A stretch of 64,000 bases of DNA, taken from the NCBI GenBank assembly GCA_002269645.1, contig NIVC01003983.1, positions 1-64,000 of the forward strand. The letters run 5' to 3'. The notes beneath the pieces were generated by a model. That model did no database searches. It was not told the DNA's origin and worked only from the letters and a program-made list of their open reading frames with translations. Made by a program: the position numbers and the translations under genes. This document shows, one piece after another, positions 1 to 34,435 of the stretch (position 1 is its first letter; each line of letters begins with the position of its first letter). Origin of the DNA: Macrostomum lignano (taxonomy: Eukaryota).

Positions 1-1373
1 TTTGTCACCGCGACATCAAGTGCGACAATGTTCTAATTATGCATAATGGCACTCCGGCCCTCATTGACTTCTTCGGCTTGGCCGTGAAAGCGCCCGCCAC
101 AATGGCAGAGTACAAGCCCAATGCGAGGTGTGACTCAGATGCAGTACTATCCACCCGAGACCAGACAGATGGGGAACTTTGTCAACGATTATAAGTGAGT
201 CATTTTAAGATGCGGTTTTAGTGGGCCTTTTTACTCCTTTCTAACTGAAACAGAATTTGTAAGAGATGCTGCACACCACCTTCCTGATCCAATGCAGAAT
301 CTAATTGAGATGCTGCTCACCGCCTCCCTCATCCGATGCAGAATCTAATTGAGATGCTGCTCACCACCTTCCTGATCCAATGCAGAATCTAATTGAGATG
401 CTGCTCACCGCCTCCCTCATCCGATGCAGAATCTAATTGAGATGCTGCTCACCACCTCCCTCATCCGATGCAGAATCTAATTGAGATGCTGCTCACCATC
501 TCCCTCATCTGATGCAGAATCTAATTGAGATGCTGCTCAATTACCCCTCATCCGATGCAGAATCTAATTGAGATGCTGCTCACCGCCTCCCTCATCCGAT
601 GCAGAATCTAATTGAGATGCTGCTCACCGCCTCCCTCATCCGATGCAGAATCTAATTGAGATGCTGCTCACTTACCCCCTCATCCGATGCAGAATCTAAT
701 TGAGATGCTGCTCACCGCCTCCCTCATCCGATGCAGAATCTAATTGAGATGCTGCTCAATTACCCCCTCATCCGATGCAGAATCTAATTGAGATGCTGCT
801 CACTTACCCCTCATCTAATAGTCAGTTAGTTCTGACCGCAACCTGCTGGTAGACAAAAAATTTATGCCCAAACTTATTGAATCCAAAATAGTGCACCGTG
901 TGTGCAGCTTCCATCATCAGGCATGTACACACTGTTTGAGCGCTAGCCCCCATCGGCGTGAGCTTGAGCCTGAGAGCCCAACTTGTTACCCTTGAGCTAC
1001 CCTGCCTCCCCACACTGCTCAATGCAGAATCGACAGCTGGCTGCTGGGGTTCTTCATGTGCGAGATGCTATTAAGCGACCGGGAGCACCTGTGGGCGAAG
1101 TTCCGCGGTTCCAACCAGTCCAACTGGATATTCGCCACCTGCCCGGCCTGCCGAATGCCCAACATTGCCAATGTGCACCCGGTGCTCAACCAGCTGCTCA
1201 TCAGAGATCCGAAAGCTCGCTGCTACGTGGCAGACATTGTGCAGCAGGACTACCTTAAAGAGGGCGATTTTTTGACTCAATTGAGCAGGCAGAGCCGCCA
1301 CCACTGCAGACCGGAACCATCAAACACGTCAACATCGTTAGCTCAGACTGAGAGAAACGCCTCCGAGGCCTAA
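1..1373 (+). CDS. Ser/Thr protein kinase, C-terminal part (5' end outside window); exons about 1-194 and 1028-1373; frame break between DFG and xPE motifs
   Basis: From nt 3 the frame reads CHRDIKCDNVLI..ALIDFFGLA (subdomains VIb-VII). From nt 139 a +1 frame reads MQYYPPETRQMGNFVNDYK (VIII), ending at donor AA|gtgagt (195). Acceptor tgcag|A at 1027 joins in phase to IDSWLLGFFMCEMLL (IX) and LNQLLIRDPKARCYVADIV (XI). Stop at 1371-1373. Confidence 0.8.
263..815. repeat. 44-bp tandem array (about 12 copies) in kinase intron
   Basis: Unit catccgatgcagaatctaattgagatgctgctcaccgcctccct; period 44 (e.g. 301 to 345). Confidence 0.95.
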
Positions 1374-2341
1374 AACACGTCTGCAAGCTCTCGGCTTTGG
1401 AGAATGCTTTCTCATCTCCCCGACTGCCTCCGACTTTGTGCCGTCGGCAACTCGCGGTTGTAGCAAATATTCTCCATTCTGTAACCTCGCATTTATCCCA
1501 CCAATCCTCACTCTTCCCTTATTCAATTGTTCGGCATTTTGTGTTCAAAACCCCACAGTCGCCATTTTTGTTAGTTTTGTATGCCATTTACTTTTCGGCG
1601 GAACAGTTAACAAACTTGCTTGCATTGCTGGAGCAGCGAGGGAGAGAGCGGGCCGTACGCGCCCCGGAAAATATATTGATCTGAATTGGGAGTCAGCACT
1701 GCCGGCTGTTGGGCAGCCAAAGGCAACGCTTTTTATATTTGACAAATCCTCACATTTTGTAATCCATGGTCGTCTATGAACTTCTGTCGCTTTATTTGCA
1801 TTGAACATTCCTGATCAAGGGAGACTAAGAACTCGAGGTCGTCACACTTTTTAAAGAACTCTTTCTTCGTCCTGAAGATAAAAGAAAATATATATTTGGG
1901 AAAATCAGTTTCTACACTGTAATTTCTACATATACTTACTGTTCAGTGCTCAAGTGAGCAAGACTGCTAACAACAACAGAAGGCTAAAATTAATGGACTA
2001 TACACACTACTTATGCAGAAACTTGGGGGGGGGGCATTACATTTCCCCTCATGTAAACATTACATTGTTTAGAAGTGTCAGTCGAATAGCATAATAAGGG
2101 AGATAATCAGGAAAATTGGAAAATTGAAGAGCTTCTTCTATAGGTTTCCGTTCCAAGTGAAATCTACTCAAGGACCACTTTGCTTTTTTAGAGCCAGTGG
2201 AATTACAATACAAAACTTAGTGCAGAATTACGCAGCTTATTGTGTTGGCCGGACACCTTGGAGTGCATCCCGCTACTCACTGCAAGCCGGTCTCTCAAAA
2301 GTGTGCATCCCATGCATACTACTAGCGGCAGTAATTCCGGT

Positions 2342-8579
<6,238 letters not shown>

Positions 8580-9132
8580 CCCCTCTCTGGCTTTCAGCCT
8601 CTACTTTGGAGCCTCTCTCTCTCTTACCTGCTTGGCGCTGACCTGCCGGGCAGGCGCAGCTCAGTAATAAATACGAGAATAGAACCGAGCACCTACTGAT
8701 AAGGCCAAGGCGAGAGACCCGCGCGCAGGTGACGCATTCGAGTTCTGAGCTGCTCTCTGCTCAGCTCAGATCAGAGCGATTAGATTTCGATACAAAGATT
8801 GAACTGTGTAAAGCTAGCTGGCTGCAACTGCAGGTAAATTATCCGCTGAGTAGGCTCAGAAGGTGACAATCTTGATTTGTAACTTTCGGGCAAAAAAACT
8901 GGCCAGCACACTCTCAGGACCAGTTGGGCATTTTGCTCTGCTCTAATCCCTTCTTATGCTTTTTCTAGCTGGTGGTTAAGCTTTAAACTTTAACAAAAAA
9001 CTTTCACGAAAATGGTTTGCAGAGAGCAAAGCTGCGTCCAGCAGAATATACGCTTAACAAAAAGAACGAATCAATAAATAACTTATCTTACTGTAAATAG
9101 ACATGAAGAGCGAAAGTGAATAGAAAGTAGAA

Positions 9133-10155
9133 AAGACAAGCAGGATAAGACAAAAAGGGACAAGACAGGACAAGAGAGGACAAGACAGGACAGGACAAGT
9201 CACAAGACAGGACAAGACAAGACAGGACAAGTCACAAGACAGGACAAGTCACAAGACAGGACAAGTCACAAGACAGGACAAGTCACAAGACAGGACAAGT
9301 CACAAGACAGGACAAGAAAAGACAGGACAAGTCACAAGACAGGACAAGAAAAGACAGGACAAGTCACAAGACAGGACAAATCACAAGACAGGACAAGACA
9401 AGACAGGACAAGAAAAGACAGGACAAGTCACAAGACAGAACAAGACAAGACAGGACAAGTCACAAGACAGGACAAGTCACAAGACAGGACAAGTCACAAG
9501 ACAGGACAAGACAAGACAGGACAAGTCACAAGACAGGACAAGACAAGACAGGACAAGTCACAAGACAGGACAAGACAAGACAGGACAAGTCACAAGACAG
9601 GACAAGACAAGACAGGACAAGTCACAAGACAGGACAAGACAAGACAGGACAAGACAAGACAGGACAAGTCACAAGACAGGACAAGTCACAAGACAGGACA
9701 AGTCACAAGACAGGACAAGAAAAGACAGGACAAGTCACAAGACAGGACAAGAAAAGACAGGACAAGTCACAAGACAGGACAAGAAAAGACAGGACAAGTC
9801 ACAAGACAGGACAAATCACAAGACAGGACAAGACAAGACAGGACAAGAAAAGACAGGACAAGTCACAAGACAGGACAAGACAAGACAGGACAAGTCACAA
9901 GACAGGACAAGACAAGACAGGACAAGTCACAAGACAGGACAAGACAAGACAGGACAAGACAAGACAGGACAAGTCACAAGACAGGACAAGACAAGACAGG
10001 ACAAGTCACAAGACAGGACAAGAAAAGACAGGACAAGTCACAAGACAGGACAAGAAAAGACAGGACAAGTCACAAGACAGGACAAGAAAAGACAGGACAA
10101 GACAAGACAGGACAAGTCACAAGACAGGACAAGTCATAAGACAGGACAAGACAAG
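9133..10155. repeat. 15/17-bp compound minisatellite upstream of NCKX
   Basis: Interspersed units gacaggacaagtcacaa, gacaggacaagacaa and gacaggacaagaaaa. Confidence 0.93.
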
Positions 10156-11174
10156 AGAAGGGAGGAGAAAAGAAAACAAGAGAAAGAAATTTCCCACAGC
10201 GGATTTTACTAGTTTTCTTCATTAAAAAGACGAGAGTCAAAGCAAAGCGACAGAATTCTATGCCGTCAATGCAAGCGATCGGTTCAGTCCATTTGAATTA
10301 CAGAGAGTGCATTTGTTTGTATTTATTTTTCAAGTGATATGTGCCAGGGATTAAAGCTGGTGCTGAAAAGTCTCATGTGCAGAGGGGGGACTACTCTAAG
10401 TGGGATGTGATGCAACTCCGTAAAACAGGATGCCTTGAGAGTGCCGCACTTGCGCAGTTAATGATCGAAAGCAACTGTCACTTCTTTTGAGAGAGGCGTG
10501 GAGGAGAGCAGGACATGCTTTGACCGCGTCAGCGAAGTCCATCTCTTTGCAGCAAAAAGCATAGCAGAGAAAAAAGCGCAAAAAACTTTCGAATTTTTTA
10601 ATCGGCAGAAAAAAAGGCAAGAAAAAAAGCAGAAAAAAGAAACAAAACTTGATCAGCAAACCGAAGAGAGCTAGCTTAAATAAGAAACACATTGCGAAGG
10701 GGTGCATGCTTCGGTAGTTTACCATTTGCATGCTTTCATTGGCCCTATAAGCTTCAACCTTCAACCACCCGCCGCCGCCCGAACCGAGGCCGAGGCACTC
10801 CTGGACAGCGTCGGACACCCGGACTGGCCGAATCTGGCCGAGCCCGAGGAACGCTCTCTTAGCAGGAGTCGAACCCGCGACCAATATACGGCCGCATAGG
10901 GGAGCTCCGCGGCAAGTTCGGTCAGCTGGCGAGGTGTTGAATTCGAGGCAACTAAGTCGGATATTAACTATAAAAATCCATAATTAGCAGAAGCGGCTAC
11001 CCCTTGCACAATTTCACTTTGCAGAAAGAAAAACTTCAGACTCAAATTTTCACAAATGTCTCAGCTTTTTCTGTCTGCGGCTAAAAATCGGGGGGGGGGG
11101 GGGGCTGGAAGGGTTTCAAAAAGAAGTGTCGAGTGTCTGGCAAGTGCACTGAAAAGATGCATAAAGTACACAAT

Positions 11175-11368
11175 GGGCCGTATGCAGAAAGCTCTGTCTA
11201 GGGTAGTCCGGTCTTGAAAAGCTAGTCTGGACTTGGATTTGGTATGCAGAAACGCAAAGTTAGACCGGTCTACTATAGACAGAACTAGGGTAGCTAGACC
11301 ATAGACTATAGACTGAACTACCCAAGTCCGGACTAGCTAGTCTGGACTAAGCTTTCTGCATACGGCCG
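11175..11368. mobile_element. MITE, PIF/Harbinger (Tourist)-like, 194 bp
   Basis: Perfect 18-bp terminal inverted repeat ggccgtatgcagaaagct (11176) / agctttctgcatacggcc (ends 11367). AAT flanks both sides (3-bp TSD) if one terminal G is included at each end. No coding capacity. Confidence 0.75.
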
Positions 11369-11556
11369 AATGAACCGAGTAAGCGGGTGGCTGATGCAGC
11401 CTTTGGAATGCTTTTTCTGACAGCGGTCAGGTGATTACGGAGATGAGGAACTCAAACACCAATCATTGCAGTTATAAACACGCAGGATATGTTTTCAGCG
11501 ACTAATTTTTTATCAAAGTTTCTCAGAAGTTAACTGTTGCTATGTTGCTATTATTG

Positions 11557-11833
11557 TCAGAGGGGGTTGGAGCCTAGTGGTTGGAGCGTCAGCCTCACGA
11601 CTGAAAGGTCAGGGGTTCGATTCTCGGCCCACTCTAAACAATTTGTGTCCTTTGAGCAAGACACTTAACTCTGCATTGCTTCAGTTCACCCAGCTGTAAA
11701 ATGGGTGCCAGCATTAGCTGGGGTAATTGAGGGTGTGTGTGGCGACCCCCCAGTCCTTGGACTGAACAGCCGTACGCAGCCTTCAGCAGTCCGCGCAACC
11801 CATTAGGGCAGGTGTAATTAATTATTTAATTAA
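11557..11833 (+). mobile_element. tRNA-derived SINE with CORE-like central domain (copy 1)
   Basis: tRNA-like head with A box (tagtggtt), B box (ggttcgattc) and CTCACGA loop (Val-like). Then gtgtcctttgagcaagacacttaac...cagctgtaaaatggg, resembling the MIR CORE consensus as recalled. AT-rich tail; tattattg occurs on both flanks (11549-11556, 11834-11841). Confidence 0.8.
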
Positions 11834-12064
11834 TATTATTGCTAAAGTCTTTCCAAAGTCGCTGAGTCTCCGATAAAGGTCAGTGTGTGCGGGAAATTTT
11901 TTTCAGTGGGAAAACAGACAAGTTTTCGTCTTTTGAATACAAATCAACTCTGATAGTCAATGGATCCGGGATGAACTCTTTAAAAAAATCGATTGCAGCC
12001 AATTAATTCTGAGTAGAATATCCAGCATATCTGTGAGAACAGTAGTGTTTGCAGCTGGCAAATT

Positions 12065-28473
<16,409 letters not shown>

Positions 28474-29792
28474 GCAGCAGTCGCCGACCGGCTCCTCGGG
28501 AATGGCTGCAATGTGCGACACAGTGGGAGGGGGGATTCTGATGCTCCGATATGATCTAATATAGATCAAAGGCGGTGACCATAAACTCAGAAGTTTTATT
28601 GCAACACAACTGGGCGCTAATGGCATTTACCGTGCAGAACATGGTGGCCATGCAGCTTCACCACCATTATTATTCTCTATCTATGATTTAATTGACAGAT
28701 TCAGCCCCGGTTGAATTCTAGCAACTTCATGGCCGCCAAGGCCGTGGGTGGCAGTGGGCGGTGCTGCACTTTCTTAGTCAGATGGGATCGTTGCGGGCTG
28801 GGCTACGGACGGTCAGCAGCCCCGAGGGGATGCGACTGAGTCGCTATTTATTACGGGTCCGTCAACGCGGCCCCGCTCCCCAACTCTCTGTCGTCCCTCG
28901 CCGTCAGTCAGCCTCATAGGGCCGCTACTCTGTGCACTATGGTGATCAACTATAGCTCTGTCAGTGCACTCTCCGGGCGATGGAGATGAGATGCTGGGGC
29001 GTACTGAACAGGGGAAGAGCAGTTTGGGAGGGGGAACGATGGAGAGAGATGAAGGAAGCTGATGGAAAGAGATGAGAAGACAGGTGTGTTGAGGATAGAA
29101 GTGTTTGGGCAGGTGATGAGAGTGGTTGCTAGGGGAGCCCACGTGGGGAAAAATTATCCAAAAAGCAACGGAGAGCGCGAGAACCGACATCAGGTAGAGG
29201 TGTACGGTGTACTCCTACCCACCGCGCACAGGTACCTCAGGCAGAAAACTAATCACACGACTTTAACGCATCGCAGCCCAATTAAATCTAGTTACAGTGG
29301 GAGCACCTGCTGCTAGAAGCAATCCGAAGCCAGAAAACTTCAAATTTGCCCCCGAGGAATTTCAAATTAACTTCAGTGCGGTTTCAACAAAAATTTCTAG
29401 TAAGACTGGAAGGAGGCTTGCTACAGTCAAAGCGGCGACAAAGTGTTCTAGAATATTGCTTCTATAGCTGTGTGTCTTTTTCTCCAAGCAACTTTTAGGG
29501 GAAGGCTTTGTTCGTTCGCGGCGCTATAGACTCAAAAAGGTTGGTCGCACCTTTGCGAAGCAAATGGATACATTTTTTCTGCTGTAACTTCCCCTGCTGC
29601 AGCGACTGTTTCGTCGGTAATATCGGTAATCTGCTTTGAACAGAAAAGCACTTGCTGCATTGCAACCAAGAATGAGTGGTTTATTAGCAACAGTTGTAAA
29701 GACACAACTCCGCCATAACTTCAAAGGCGGAGTGTCTGCGGAATTGAAAAATATGCCCCCTAGCCTTAGCTCGTAAGAATGAGACACTATAG

Positions 29793-30055
29793 CCAACCAA
29801 GTTAAGAATTGCCATTTGGAAGCAGTGGATTTGGTCTTGCCCATAGACATAGACGGAAAAGGCAAGGAAGTTGATAATTCTGATCTACTGCACGGAAATC
29901 GATGTTAAGCACCTGAGAGATAGTCTATGGGAGAGGTTGCTGCTGGCATTCTTTTTCGTGCTGATGTCTATGGCCAAATTATCAACTTGTTTGCCTCTTC
30001 CGTCTATGTCTATGGGCAAGACCAAATCCACTGCGGCTATTCTCAACTTAGCTGG
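29793..30055. repeat. Long inverted repeat (58-bp core arms, about 97-bp spacer), possible foldback/MITE relic
   Basis: 29822-29879 is the reverse complement of 29977-30034 with 3 mismatches; weaker similarity extends about 20 bp further out. Confidence 0.85.
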
Positions 30056-30272
30056 CTTAACTATACCTTTTTGCTTCATATTTAGTTCGTTGCAAAGAGC
30101 CCAGCAAATTTAATATTCACCATAGACTAAGAATATAACTTTTCGCTATAAGAATATAACCCATTCTGGCCTCATCATCAGAGCTTCTAGTATGCATACA
30201 GAGTTGGTGCCTGCATGTGTTTGATTGGGGCTTATCGAAAAATTTGTTGAATTCATTTTGGAGAAATAAGGA

Positions 30273-30672
<400 letters not shown>

Positions 30673-31539
30673 ACGCAAGTCTATGCAAGAGTACGCGAAC
30701 TAGCTTAGAGAAGTAGAGAAGTGCTTAACAAGATACCGCGAAAAAGTGTCAATCAACACAGTCTCTTTGCTTAAACACATTATCAATAAATACTTAGTAC
30801 GAATCGATAGATTAAGCAAATATATAACAGAGAACTATACCGGAGTCTTCGAAGTTGGCAAATGAGTCAACAATGACAGACAGGTTCTCCAGTGAGTTCA
30901 TTGCTGATCTCTGAAATTCCTACAAGGAATGCAAAGTTCCTTGCTATCTTTGCAGCCTGAGAACGATGGAATGCTTGAGAACTTGAAATCGGAATTCGCG
31001 CTCTTAATGTAGAGAGGATGTTTCAGCTTTCGGCTGCTGCAACACTGCAGGCCAGTTTTGTATTACAAGCGTCCTCGAGGGAGTGGGCGACAGCAGCTCA
31101 GTTCAGAATGGGAACGGTGAGTCACGGTGGGGCAGCGTTTGGCGAGCGAATGGCTGCATGCCGTCTGGGATTCGCAGGCTTCATGGCTTCAACTCAAGGC
31201 TACGAGCGAATGGCTTATGAACTAAGAAAAGAATTGAAGCAAAAGACAGCAATTCCTGCAGCATCTACAAGCGTGTTTCATTATTCATTCTAAGAAAAAG
31301 TTTAGACAATTAGCATCTAATTCTTGCTAATGCTTTGCTAATTTTACCCAAGTGAAAAACAGGTTGCCATGACACTCCTCGGTACATTTTATTTTCTCAT
31401 TGATTTCATTATTAATTCAAGGATTCAGATTCTAAGTGTACTACTAAAAGTAATTGTGCGAAGTACGAGCTATCTATCAAGCTTAACCTAACCGACTGTA
31501 GATATAGAGATAAAAATGTAAGATGTAAAAATGTAAATC

Positions 31540-32560
31540 TTGAGAAGGGAAGAGAAGAGGGAATGGAAACGTGAGAGGAGGGAAGGGAGATAGGAAGGAG
31601 AGGCGAGAGAATAAAGGAGAAGAGAGGAGAGAATGGGAGAGGAGAGAGGAGAGAGGAGAGAGGAGAGAGGAGAGAGGAGAGAGGAGAGAGGAGAAGTTAA
31701 AAAAACAAAGGGTAGAGAGAATATAGATATGAGACATGAGAGCAGAGAGGAGAGAGAAAAGAAAAGAAAGAGAGGACCGGGTAGAGGAGAGACAATAGAT
31801 GAGAGAGTAGAGAGGACAGATGGGAGAGGAAAAAAGAGATAAGAGAGAGCAGGAGAGAGGAGAGAGGAGAGGAGAGGAGAGGAGAGGAGAGGAGAGGAGA
31901 GGAGAGGAGAGGAGAGGAGAGGAGAGGAGAGGAGAGGAGAGGAGAGGAGAGGAGAGGAGAGGAGAGGAGAGGAGAGGAGAGGAGAGGAGAGGAGAGGAGA
32001 GGAGAGGAGAGGAGAGGAGAGGAGAGGAGAGGAGAGGAGAGGAGAGGAGAGGAGAGGAGAGGAGAGGAGAGGAGAGGAGAGGAGAGGAGAGGAGAGGAGA
32101 GAGAGGAGAGGAGAGGAGAGAGAGGAGAGGAGAGGAGAGGAGAGGAGAGGAGAGGAGAGGAGAGAGAGGGAGAGGAGGAGAGGAGAGGAGAGGAGAGGAG
32201 AGGAGAGGAGGAGGAGAGGAGGGAGAGGAGAGGAGAGGAGAGGAGAGGAGAGGAGAGGAGAGGAGAGAGGAGGAGAGGAGAGGAGAGGAGGAGAGAGGAG
32301 AGGAGAGGAGAGGAGAGAGAGGAAGAGAGAGAGGAGAGGAGAGGAGAGGAGAGAGAGGAGAGGAGAGGAGAGGAGAGGAGAGGAGAGAGAGGAGAGAGAG
32401 GAGAGGAGAGGAGAGGAGAGGAGAGGAGAGAGAGGAGAGGAGAGGAGAGGAGAGGAGAGGAGAGGAGAGGAGAGGAGAGGAGAGGAGAGGAGAGGAGAGG
32501 AGAGGAGAGGAGAGGAGGAGAGAGAGGAGAGGAGAGGAGAGGAGAGGAGAGGAGAGGAGA
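31540..32560. repeat. (GGAGA)n purine tract with degenerate left flank
   Basis: Near-perfect pentamer from about 31850. Confidence 0.95.
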
Positions 32561-34329
32561 GATTGAGCGGGCCGGCTTGCCGGTTGAAGTTTCAACCTAC
32601 TCGAGGGCCGGATAGAGAGGCTTTGCGGGCTGCATGTGGGCTGTGGCCAGAGTTGGCCGAAACTGGTGTAGAGAAACTCCGTGTAAGAACGCGCTGTACT
32701 TTCGCTTTTTCCTGCTTCCAGCAGATTGAAGAAAATGAATTTTTTTAAACTTTCAGATCCACCTTAATAAAACACAGACAAGCTTAATATGCTTACCAGA
32801 AGCTTTGAATTTGAGAGATTAAAAATTTAGTGCGAAAAACTAAAGTTCCCTATCTTTCTGCTGCATTTTAAGCGAAATTAGGCTTTCGAATAAAGTTGCG
32901 TGCTGATACAATGTATGGTAACTTCGAGTTCGAGTGGTACTTTCAAATCAGACTGCATCCAGGTTTAAAAGCTAGATGTTTTCTATAATTGCTGTTGAAT
33001 TGAACTGATTCATGTGCACTCTTCCACAAGGTTGACTCGTAAGTCATTCGAGAGAAAAAGGTTAAAATGAATATAATTGCCTATTGAAAAACACAAATGC
33101 TTGAGTTGTATTTAATTGTTATGAGCGAATTTCTGCTTAGACATGGGCCGGTAAACTTATTCGGGTAGCAACAAGAGATAGAGATGATTCTCAGTAGCAT
33201 TTCTTATTAATAGCTTGATAAAACGTGAGTAGCAACTTCGGACACAACTCATACTGGCTTCAATTACTATGCCCGTATTAGAGAGTCCAGAAGTTGATAC
33301 ATTGTGAATTGTGCGTTGTGTTAAACAAATTTGTAGCAATCATTCTGCTTCAGTTGAAAATAAATCTAACAAATCAGAACAAACTAAAACAAGTACAAAT
33401 TGAACTCTATTCCCTCAATTTCTATTTCCCAGCCAGAGCGCTCACCTTTTAATCTTTCGCTGTTCATTCTGCAGCTGCTGCAAACGGTGGTTGCCGCCCT
33501 TCGCTTAGAGTACTTCAGGTAGTACCTGCACATTATTGACCTGGCCAGGTGCTGACTGTTGCAGGGCCTCTGCCATGAGTAAAATGGTTCGCAGGGAGAA
33601 TTACAGCGTCATATCAATTTCAGTGAGCGGCAAAAGAGAAGGAGTTTCAGAGAGTGCAGAAGCAACCATTTCTTATTGCAAAGCAAAATCGCCCCAATCC
33701 CAATCAGATCGGCTATCGATCCGATTGAATGGCGACTGGACGTTAAGCGACCGGTATAGCAGAGAAGGCCTCTCCTAGGCAAGAAAAAATGTGCGCGAAT
33801 TCTACAGCTGCGAGTACGTTTTTATTCTGTACTCTTCAGGACGGAAAATACAGTGGGCGAGCAGTGGGAGAGTGGGAGAGCAGCAATCGATAAAGCTAAA
33901 AAGATCTGACAGTGGATTATTTTTCATTTCAAAAGAAGTTCTTCGTGGACAATTTACTAATTCAAATCATAAAAATTTAATGCGAGCGATAAGTTGCTAA
34001 ATGAAACCCATGTAATTACATGTACTTTGTATTCAGTTGTCCTAGCTGGTTTCATTGCATTTGAAGTTCTGAAGCTCTGAAGTTTTGAAGTTGAATGGGG
34101 GTTTGAAGTTCTGTGTGTACTAAATGCACTACAGCAATACGACAAATATACACTCAGCAACATTGAAGGTTATGTCCAACCTTGCGCGAAAGGGTCCATG
34201 GTCAGCACGATCTATGGTTTCGCCACTTGGTTTTGGGCCATAGACAAATGCGCAAAAAGGACAGGAAAGTAAAGTCTGATAACTGGTGTGACAGGGAGAA
34301 GGGTCACAGAGTGTACATGAGTTAACTGG

Positions 34330-34435
34330 AGGCATCTGTGTACGCAGGCGACAATGACTGATTGACGCACTCTGCGTTGTTGGTATGGGCGTCCAGATCG
34401 CCGGACTTGAACCCGATTGAGCGCGTGTGGCATTA
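34330..34435 (+). mobile_element. Degenerate Tc1/mariner transposase fragment
   Basis: 34386-34430 reads WASRSPDLNPIERVW, matching the Tc1-family WPxxSPDLNPIExxW motif. A GDN remnant (QDN-like) lies upstream. Flanked by stops; no TIRs found. Confidence 0.7.

Noticed and set aside
8744-8770. 9-bp hairpin tctgagctg/cagctcaga upstream of NCKX
   Set aside because: It is short enough to arise by chance in 64 kb and has no supporting context.
10396-10899. ORFs 10396-10884 (-) and 10702-10899 (+)
   Set aside because: They have no recognisable domain or convincing splice boundaries, and part of the sequence is an A-rich tract.
11562-11632. Possible tRNA-Val(CAC) genes here and at about 14660
   Set aside because: Acceptor and T stems pair poorly, and both run into a shared SINE body.
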